Shown one piece after another: positions 32,201 through 34,576 of a DNA stretch of 64,000 nt (its first letter is position 1; every line of letters begins with the position of its first letter). The DNA is from Planctomycetota bacterium (lineage in GTDB: Bacteria; Planctomycetota; Brocadiia; JAADGH01). The position numbers and the translations under genes were made by a program. The stretch is taken from contig JBFMAD010000004.1 of assembly GCA_040755855.1 (NCBI GenBank), forward strand, positions 160,001 to 224,000, read 5' to 3'. Below the pieces are notes generated by a model. It was not told where the DNA came from. It ran no database searches and saw only the letters and a program-made list of their open reading frames with translations.

Positions 32201-33917
32201 CGCCCAACATCCCGCCGCTCACCATCACCATGCCGGTCGAGCTGTCGAACGTCAACTGGCTCCCCAGGTCCATCGAGCCGAGGATCATCGCGCGGCCGAC
32301 CGTGTTGGTGACGTGCAGGTTGCCTCCTGTCATGCCGTCCCGCAGCATTGCAGTCGTCAGACTTCCGTTCACTGTGATGTCCGAACCCACGCCCACGCCG
32401 CCGGTGGTCATGAGGCCGAGCACGTTTCCCTGAATCGTCACATCGCTGTTAGCCATCCCCCCGTAGAGATAGACTCGGTCCGCGCCCCCGTTGAAGTTCA
32501 TTACGGAGTTGGTCGCGCCATTGTAAACCCAGAGCATTCCCACGTGGCCCGACGTCGTAATTGTACCCCCCGTTACTCCCCCTTGGAACCGGCCGATCCC
32601 CACCCCGCCGTTGATGGTTATCGGGGTTCCAGTCATCGGTCCGTTGACCCACAGCATGCCCACATCTCCGGTCACATCGAGCGTCGTCGTTCCCCCCACG
32701 GATCCCATTACCCGGAGCGATCTCACGCCCTGGTCGAAATCCATGTCCGTGTTAGTCATTGAGCCGCTGACCATGAGCATCCCTGTCGGGCCGGACACAT
32801 CAATGATTGAGTTCGTCACATCGCCTCGAATTTGCGCATTGTTAAGGGCGCGACCCACCCGAAGCGTGCTCTGCGCTATTCCTCCCATCAGTTGGAGGCT
32901 GGTTGCCGTCCCCCCCACATCCAGCAGCGATCCGTTCGCCAAGGCGCCTCGGATCATTACCGTTCGTGCATCGGAGTGGGCCTGGATTGTGCTCGCATCC
33001 ATGCCGCCGCTAAGCATGATCGTACCGGCCGGGCCCCCGATCTCCAGAAGGGAGCCGTTTGTCAAGTTCCCACCGATTCGGCTTATGGTCAGATTCCCAC
33101 CGGTGCGCAGCGTGCTCGCGTCCACCGATCCTGTGACGAATAACGTCCGGGCCATGTAGTCCGACTGAATAAGCGACCCACCCGTCACATTGCCGCCGAT
33201 CATTGCGCTCCACAATTCCCCATGCGCCACAATGTCGCTCTCCACCACGCTGCCGGTCACCTGCACACGGCGAAGAACCCCCGCCACATCGAGCAATGAA
33301 CCCGACCCCGCAGCCCCGAAGTCGCCGCCGACTCGGATGCTCGACGCCTCCTGGAGAATGTTAATTTGCCCCCCTATGTAGTCGCCCGTCACAAAAAATG
33401 TCGTCTGCGTGGACGCGCTTATATCGCTGTCCACGGCAGAACCGTACACGTTCATCAGCCCCAGCTTGCGTCCGATCGTCAGGTCCACCTGATTCAGGTC
33501 GCCATCTACGGAGAACATGCCGAGGTCGCCGTCCAAATTTATTGTCGTGTTCTGTAACTCTCCCCCGTTGGCGTACACCCGAATTCCGCCGATGGATTCC
33601 CCTGCCCCCGCCGTTACCGCTCCGGCGGTGAGCGTGTCGCCGCCCACCCCGGCGTTTGTGTCGCGCATGGACAGCGTTGAAGTGTTCGCCCCTAAAAAGG
33701 CGATAGTGGCGATCTCATCGCCTCCAGGATTCGGGTTTGCCCCGCCCACGTTCCACAACACGTCGGCCTGACCGGCCCCGCTGAACAGGAGCCACACATC
33801 ATCGCCGGTCGTGTCGGTATAGCGGACCTCGCGGTTTAGCGCCGAGAGCGTTGCGGGGGCGATGCGCGCCTCCAGCTCCTCTACGTGCAATTGACGGTGA
33901 ATACCTGCATAACTCAT
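11280..33917 (-). CDS. Giant (7,545 aa) repetitive extracellular/surface protein with Planctomycete-extracellular/LEPR-xLL-like N-terminal motif; predicted beta-solenoid
   Basis: Uninterrupted ORF; GAAAGGA RBS; N-terminal LHVEELEARIAPA; G/T/N/I/V/D-rich with G-[DN]-x-x-G-x-I-x-[VI] repeats; nested modules; terminator downstream. Confidence 0.9.
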   Translation of the reverse strand: MSYAGIHRQLHVEELEARIAPATLSALNREVRYTDTTGDDVWLLFSGAGQADVLWNVGGANPNPGGDEIATIAFLGANTSTLSMRDTNAGVGGDTLTAGAVTAGAGESIGGIRVYANGGELQNTTINLDGDLGMFSVDGDLNQVDLTIGRKLGLMNVYGSAVDSDISASTQTTFFVTGDYIGGQINILQEASSIRVGGDFGAAGSGSLLDVAGVLRRVQVTGSVVESDIVAHGELWSAMIGGNVTGGSLIQSDYMARTLFVTGSVDASTLRTGGNLTISRIGGNLTNGSLLEIGGPAGTIMLSGGMDASTIQAHSDARTVMIRGALANGSLLDVGGTATSLQLMGGIAQSTLRVGRALNNAQIRGDVTNSIIDVSGPTGMLMVSGSMTNTDMDFDQGVRSLRVMGSVGGTTTLDVTGDVGMLWVNGPMTGTPITINGGVGIGRFQGGVTGGTITTSGHVGMLWVYNGATNSVMNFNGGADRVYLYGGMANSDVTIQGNVLGLMTTGGVGVGSDITVNGSLTTAMLRDGMTGGNLHVTNTVGRAMILGSMDLGSQLTFDSSTGMVMVSGGMLGGSSVTVSGPLMMGRVMAPRGGEAMEAGTAFRIGRLDSQFMTTGTFSGSLELGETAEKSLIMFGGDMAGEVIITGQHFGGIMVRGDITSTSGYSFLIQGDMTSSAYISVLGDASLGAPIRVFGTYDGDIRTSLGMLPNVFLVTDPGSQGKFQARYDNPAAFLFTDVVTAGQLLYRRYSDGVQNNNPDTVFAGIGQQIVLNPGDVYNFVDSDLDPVTVTYNGDPGSSIELAIVPSGLGEDIFSITYYNTTANSDVNISVGEVGNGVTTAGRIYAVGQVFGSLSVEGWIQLWTGGELAAGETILTLDPEGTGQATVGPMTFENNFAGALDVGDDILGNIRTSGSIIAGATIHSAGDLRAAITAPSGTIAGGVIDIDGIIDASNGGRVQTAILAGDTLFTYSEGADNKVLNLVGLAGAVGSQQGVLLIGGLAGQEGGVATNEARVNLDLYTNATSLDTTDINFNTANVGTIGATNITGAVESQWTMTGLGAGGTLTVSGNLANLTISAGALGGAVSAPTISGTVTAVAGVAGTGSITTTGDFNSLISSGSMNGDLSVGGSLTGPVNVSGNIGGDIIATVNIAGTIHATGNLQSTIQAVTGTLGSGLIDIDGIIDASSGGTILRNVMAGDSTFTYYEGASTKTVQIVGLGGAGDQGDLEIGGAAGQEGGNPAAQARANLTLAQAATSLTTTNITLNDLSVPNITTTTVGRSIEGAATMTNFDAGDTLSVTTALNNFTITGAAGLGGSITANRVIGTIDTGAGGVLNTGSVTTTGDLANMTTGAGDMAGVLQIGGDVNNMAIGSNLTGSLQIGDDLTTMTVGNVTGPVVIGGDVNTINMGGDLTGSLQIGGSLVTMTVGNVAGPLQIGGDLTDLTIGGDLSGGLRIGDDLLGNVAIAGDVTTPVVTAIYVGGDLLAGQSIVVQGDASTAGPIVVLGEFDGLVQVGASGVAPGMFGNVVIGRNVGSTGTLQGYQRNVNAMLAADAATTAQLTYTRDIDATSIVGDPYVLFGYQGAMLEPGDVFTFTDTTNDGVTVTYSSGPADSVVMLGMTVPDGFGRQDISSILYINADATSNLTITTDDAGNGVTTAGDVTAGGMVFGSFSVEGWINSWTGGELAAGETLQTRDPEGTGQATVGAMSFENNVAGTLSVGTSVMGAITSTGNFTGAINIGGSITAAGSIVASGAGQYLSAGRLTVGGTIFGSVETNIFSGTAFTWNEGGNPVNSVLVQGSGGVLRVDGSLGLSPTTGDEGLVNLTVNAAATGLTANNVDFWNINAPSIDATTINQNVLGTVTLAAFDNPDTFAVTGNLNNLTITGPAGLGGDITAANVTGVITTGAGGLLAAGSVATTADFESLDVGGDMNGTLAVGRDLTGSVSVTGNFNSQITVGRDIATVGAYSIGINGSFAAGASILVTGDASAGARMRFSGEFDGLARVGIGGAGMFGDVVVRTNAGSTGTLRAYADNNLAFLSTDAATAAQLTYTRDSDGTTNNDFNTLFGGLRINIGPGEVYTFTDSDGDTVQVRFFGDIGSSIGINTAPAGIGEDLTEVVYDNANANSRVEIDVTAFGPGSNQMTTSGMVNATGQIFGTFVIEGWIQGWTGGFLAAGESIATNQDGALGDITGVMSLEGDLDGTLTVAGAFAGGGLVLEGAQTGTITVGGVAQNYFDGFLHGGMNLGAGTIDPNPSDTFIVGGQNVRVFWDGVYDVSYSYLTPSAGAPIVTMLYADNHIDSVVSANVDFGSIRVDGRVKAVPGVTYNSGAEVSTGIGIDITNGDLGFLRLQKFDHPDYSIRVGGNLGSVLIVEEMLEGTIQVTGDLTGDIKTAAGQEIRGRITIGGDLSGRIMPGGDTTPGAGEDITGQIVVGGDMTGMIYAYDLGKDVVNGYDKYGVIQYWPLKGSITVGGNVTGGIDIVNTMPDYSFIEATGTIANATFDAGNNLLTGVRIQGLSDVNPLRGRITTNLGALNVGNITFTIGDNATNGTRDFLYNIALVNGGAGVAATGALTLDGRNLASAGWLNESPSLIINGISLADLNAVIGGITYDGAAGVFVSIDNVLLNDFTTAGAGTLTVLNVGALNIAAEALGAGDILNVVNVVHGTINLGANNMGGFIDIANNLVYDRDNGSDGYIVTTGTIANYNGTNTVGIRVNSLAGVGAVGGRIRTAYGDFDALRSFSIGEGGVAIRTFQSIDMGMTQTFDLMLDGRTINPDFALWTLESPTMILTGGSLSMDDWETIRTFATMYDGAGALDGLSISGATFDTWNSATDFTTYNLGNVTFLNTAPVPEGDWMRINNDLWGALNIGNVQTGNYLMAGDIVIGHDLTGSINFMGRFGQYFTGPNRIAGTITIGNNFAEGAEIDYSPGDGRSFLGTVTVAGDWVGVLDINGINTHFYYGATTDASADIRIGGNFGAPTVTGSLVDIEAGVFQTNSWVRGLSVGTDNTGIMYGDLYTHRNFGAGGSINYYFRNFIGTASSANGDAYMAHTARFISDSSNYASLYIYGGGNPEAMQGQILALNGGNMYVATQVYNGGMSDQGEVRILNVSGWSRDNITYGMFNGQIQVQGPMAGVLAVGDGYTGVTGPPAEAFATFGRDFRLYGVTDFSGVIRSFGQGTWSGGEWQGVPNFGDIDITGNMSGQVLGYYVVDVEVDGAFSGEIDAYASWRGGALRIAGANTGTIRGSGQDLAYYSGTLTSGSPTLTLNTTGGGILTMTRNTTDVPYSYLYSGTGNTIEMLRVEGGNAIQTVLGTGVTLNSFWSENVINGGADPRIDLDDDPLNNLDTGLHSVRLANFTTGRIEVEGALGQFVIPGSATLSGTIATTAGSVTTAGDPDMTGVLFVNGNASFEATFVMNLAGDIRENAGFYGNSWNVARLETGGQVNIGGNMNGILVFPEYINGDINITGNMGAIAQIMTNRTNGQLGGSIDIGGNMAGNVYIGTNVAHTNADLEGTFHVGGSMIGNAALRIYGDEGIKGTIAIDGNMQDNALIYTYDSAADLTGTVTIGSIQNNAYIFINDDLTGLGQITVTGDITGTRAAGAIDINGEINSMAPYSISVGGRLAAGSYIDIRENAELGAEIRLLGEFDGRVYVGSGGAGFTGRFGNVTVAPNPGSTGTLRARNDNDAATLTSDSFTAGLLTYTRDIDAVTNNDPNTLFGIVPPPLVVLNPGDSITYFDSDGDQVRVDYAGPVGSTVTLNFLTGGWADVDTVTYAGADATSNLSFTIVTQVGNGATTAGDVFAAGQVFGSFTVEGWIESWTGGQLVAGETISTLPGGIFGDVGAMSLEGDLAGSLITGDDLTGWITVGGVINNNTIDIGGVIQGLSGGGFSVTLPAGNPSYSYRESGVNKTVAATNLVGGTFALTVGGAAGQEGGFLTNAGRANLNLGAGTADALASTGVTMFDVTAQTITTTNAPGIEGTLTLATFGATDTLNLTGNLGSMTIGAGNMAGQITVGGNLTGQIAIPGAITTAGAYSISVGGNVTATGGIQAVGSAAAGAELRFLGEMDGLIRVGSGGAGTFGNVTIATNPGSTGTMRAFARNMLARLTTDSATANQLTYIRDTDAQTSNNPLLLFGADNVQVINPGGSYNFTDSDGDSVTVTYAAGSTGQVTLELVSIGLGQDIFTTTYAGATAASNLDISVTAVVGNGITTAGQVTATGQVFGTFTIDGSVGSWIGGQLVEGERLYTSDDVGSMSLEGAITGILEIGGDLNGAMAFQAAGFLGGGMIIHGSVSPTATITIGGVAQTYYGNLLHGGRNVNGTPENPNPSDTTTLGASTLRVFWDGVYDVNYGFLTPNNSTVSMFYADNHLDSVVSSGLSFTSMRIDGRVKAVSDIIKDSGSEVSTGRGIDIAGGSLNYLRLYRFDHPDYTIQVDGNIGTIRIVDKMLEGTIRTINGGDLTGDIITAAGQEIRGRIEINGDIMAGARIMPGGDTTMNSGEDISGQIVVGGAMNGSIYAYDLGKDVANGEDKYGNPQVWALKGGITVGGAITGLIDITNTMMDYSFIQAGGTIADYTGPVGIRIQGLGGGALPGRITFAMNTLDLATNFTWGVDGVGGTRTLNYAGGGLPVTASMTLDGRNIGGGWAIESPSLTITASIALADLNTILNAVTYNGVTHSALTPLASVASATIGVFDATNPRILNVGNLTITDVAGIAAGERLTVVNDVWGWINVGTMNGFIDIGGNLVYDRDNGSDGYIGTPGGTIINYDGTNTRGIRVNSLGAAGRMGGRIWATYGNLDAVRSFSIGEGGAAIRTFATADLNLTHTFALMLDGRTVNPDFVASWSLESPTLIRTGGALTLAEWETIRTSAGTTYRGVAAANGLSLSASGYNFAAYTNFTTYNLGDLGLTNAAVIGAANTMTINNDLWGALNIGDAATANTLLDGDIYIGADLMGSINFRGAFGINGLLDIRGSFAEGAEIDYTIGGSPQYYYGDIAIQGDWLGVLDMNGTDVRLADTGGNSWDINIYGNFGSPTVHGTLIDIENAYFRTQDNNRGLRIGTDSSGIMYGDVWGRTNVGTDRGYFNWYSGSWIGTAASGNGDAYMAHTSRWIADQYHDNRLSIYGGGNPNAMQGQIISRAINDYPFPFGDNSYLYVYNGGMSDQGEIRSFGTRRSTWSFNRDQIGLGSFRGSYTINGLMAGAIVAGDGYGDDALATFGSNFSVSIQDSGPTQGNFTGVIRSLGRGVYDANGEFQGVMNHGDITIAGTTVSGQILGYFVVDTEIFDAASNFTGRIEAFDSFRGGALWLNGANNGVIRAGGQDMTYVRGTIAAGATLNLAFGGGTLDVTADPGNAGATTYSYVYSGSGERVQALRFEDGARDIASIVGSGVILESIQIEGNLDNNGAAGSITLSDNAANGLDSGLRSLRVNIFEGGDTIYVEGEFGQFIINTATANGFVGDVTTTPGPVADSGADLTGVIFMRATQNYAAASDFDFGGDIRQQAGFWSYAWWNSGFNSNLRVRGDHRGVLVFPNHMDGNIVIDGDMRVGAWFQTQRTPDSHVNGNITIGGDMAGYLYIGDGTDDTTADLAGDITIGGDLAGYLNIYGDIGITATGSITVGGQLTGQDRYIYLRDAVADVVGSISIAGGIGTTAYIYIPDDVIGTITIGGSITSRRTAGVIDIGGDILTPVGPGAYSISVNNMSPGASIIADGNASAGAEMRINGDFDGLIQIGNAAAEMFGNVFVAPNPSSTGTLRAYDDNNAATLTSDVATKSQLTYWRQSDGTINNDYNTLFGPGAGTVLNPGDPAFSYTDSDGDTVEVTYAAGGAGTVTLYFVAAGLGQDLVDIVYAGATSDSELMIQITAAVGNGITTAGNVHADGQTFGTFQVQGWLESWTGGILAAGETLSTDYFNANGDVTGILSLEELGGTLNVGGVVTGGLVDIQGNTLAGSTIVTAANGFYDSGLLIGGAQNVTIVIGGVGYSYAGGQLHGGRNITGTAEDPNPFDVVNISGNNVYVFWDGVRDVGYGIIYNGATVASAYVSDDIDSFVASNLNFQSIRIDGRVKANPDIVVGDGTISNTGVGLDITNGNVNFLRLDQFDHPDYTVRIDGDLGEVRITSGMLEGTIRTINGGNLTGEIWTAAGQEIRGRIEIDGDITASGAIMPGGTTAPISGEDITGQIVVNGNMAGAIYAYDLGKDVANGYDKLGNPQVWPLKGSITVGGAINGLIDITNTMMDYSFIQAGGTIADYTGAAGIRIQGLGGGALPGRITLAMNPLNVATTFTWGVDGVGGTRTFNYAGGGPAVAASVTLDGRNIGGGWALESPSLTISAPVTLGELNTILNAVTYAGATHGALTPLASVAGATINTFDATNPIILNVGNLTITDPIGAGETLTIANDVWGTINLGANAMNGLIDVGGNLVYDVDNGSDGWIYSTGRIANFTGAAGVRVQGLGGTGVMGGRITTALNQPALTAANTFIIGDDAAAGTRIFTTPIVSGLAGLPEFRLTLDGRFYNAGDSWAYESPTLELYAGSITGPNWETIRTSGITYDGQNAAGGLSLAGTQLNPVQFPALASNITMYNLGGYVRITGNPAIPNGVTVNILNTLWGDLTVGTYGNGNVAVAGGGTIAIGKDLTGDINLVARMLIGDANERSTISIGRNFTEGAEIDYTPYNNNDFQGDITVLGDWVGLFDVNGQNTDVYRRDYTGAEPATRRGSSFLINGNFGAPTVTTSLFDIADGRVMLESTTGLAGMRIGYDGTGIMYGDVFIHAPRNDGGTGSYYNTPLYIGRDGVTLAGQAYMDHTARLICERFEYAAFYIYGAYYADAFQGQILGATRNTSVDVSGIGLANTIYVYGGSTDQAEIRSLRAPYRDNYGWTPFIQGGMNAGITFRNTFRGAIAVGDGYDTNEWPASEPYPEETYANFGRTSSMNFAEGGMTGIIRSFGRDHEVVGVPQGSFQYCEIDVGSSGNLTGLILGYYIPDIEMDGGFTGRIEAFKEFRGGGVRITGVNTGTIRADNTDLTYAQGTLAAGATWNQAFGNGALSVTADPANGGAMTYSYLYAGTGEIIEALRFDDAARNISSVIGSGITMNSLFAEGRLVSGTGFIDLDDDPADGLDSALHSVRLRFFNGGGTERIEVEGELGQVVIVDGVYNGSITTTVGPVGASADLIGVIHNRAGFNFAGGIVDIAGSVRENAGLLAYYEMQNSFTFNVGGDMNGIIVCYRQNAATINIAGNVNNRGTIRTFETTPNIAVNMWVGGNFGGYMQAGDSETADICAISGTITIDGQFTNTARIYAMGTLGITGTITVGDGAVGIQNGGIIRTYRGPLSGSITVNGDILGGGEAIRVGTGNYDGANITATGSITVNGNLFGAILVDGRQAVTMYGIEPGGSITVNGSVGTNPGVSDGYIFLRSANSILAGTITVTGNIEDNAFIKIENDVTSIAGTGAINVLGDIASTRNDATYEGAIDIDGAMSGTLDITGSLLTRVNIDGNADAGNEIQIRTHLSGILLANLFGDVRIWGNFMATGQITANNPGVGNTLTVDGAESGTVTPANAFQFYV
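11500..27700 (-). repeat. Three ~5-kb intragenic super-repeats in the giant gene (approx. 22740-27700, 16530-21500, 11500-16530)
   Basis: Anchors VFWDGV (ccgtcccaga at 27121, 20911, 15898), FDHPDY, AAGQEIRGRI, IYAYDLGKDV.NG.DK.G, EGAEIDY, GIMYGD and AYM.HT each occur three times in the same order. Confidence 0.9.
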
Positions 33918-33988
33918 ATCTGCGATCCTTTCACATCAAGCGTCGCTATCGCTTTTCCTTCTCCTGTTTTGGCCCATACCCATCCCGG

Positions 33989-34029
33989 AAAAAACAAAAA
34001 CCCGGCCCTTCGAGAAGGAAGTTGCCGGG
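33989..34029 (-). terminator. Terminator-like hairpin plus U-tract in the leader of the giant gene (possible attenuator)
   Basis: Minus strand CCCGGC-aactt-CCTT-ctcg-AAGG-GCCGGG-TTTTTGTTTTTT, about 70 nt upstream of the ATG. Confidence 0.55.
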
Positions 34030-34447
34030 ATGTATAGGCATGCAAAAGGCGCGCAAACGGGACAGCCTCCGCCGCCAATTCGTGCATAAACACACCATCA
34101 TCCATGACGCTGTTTTTTCTCATGATGCGAACCGACCTCATACTGAACCGACAAGCGACAAGGTCTTTCCGTGAAGCGTTCCTGGCAGCCTTGCTCAATG
34201 GTTCAATATCTCCCCGGATTGCGGGTCGAGATCAAATCAATGATCGCAATACAAACAAGAAGTGGGTCACTACGACACGCACAACGATAACCAGACACGT
34301 GCCCGATGAGCATACAGGCCGTCCCCCGCCCTATCTGCGCTCACAGCCCCCTTTGCCCAAGCCTTGGAGAGCCAAATATCTCCTGACAGGGCTTGCGCCT
34401 ATCATCTGCTCACCCGGGCATGCATGGGAGAAGCGTTCTCTATATTT

Positions 34448-34476
34448 ATTGTACGTTTGGATAAGCAGTGTGTCAA
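34448..34476 (-). promoter_or_regulatory. sigma70 promoter for the giant gene
   Basis: Minus strand TTGACA (34471-34476) N17 TACAAT (34448-34453) in an AT-rich island. Confidence 0.7.
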
Positions 34477-34495
34477 TACTAATCTTAAGAAAAAA

Positions 34496-34524
34496 TTGAC
34501 GGAAATCTTGTAGAATTCTATAAT
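34496..34524 (+). promoter_or_regulatory. sigma70 promoter for the 34577 glycoside hydrolase
   Basis: TTGACG (34496-34501) N17 TATAAT (34519-34524). Confidence 0.75.
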
Positions 34525-34576
34525 GTAATATATTCATTATTACCCATTCTCACCGGTGTTTGTGGGCAAGAGGTCC

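Noticed and set aside
12351..32762. Long + strand ORFs antisense to the giant gene (e.g. 26871..29465, 23391..25673, 15657..17732)
   Set aside because: Shadow ORFs expected from high-GC codon bias; low-complexity V/A/D/R products with no motifs
11280..33917. Giant protein as RTX/T1SS substrate, autotransporter, or DGR target
   Set aside because: No GGxGxDxL nonamers, no evident C-terminal beta-barrel, no reverse transcriptase, and repeat differences are not adenine-specific
34038..34058. Possible sigma54 site (TTGCGCGCCTTTTGCA on - strand)
   Set aside because: Lacks the invariant GG at -24
34300..34360. GGGCAAA in the giant-gene leader resembling a c-di-GMP-I riboswitch start
   Set aside because: The following GNRA-loop stem and GACGCAAA elements are not present; no known riboswitch can be supported by eye
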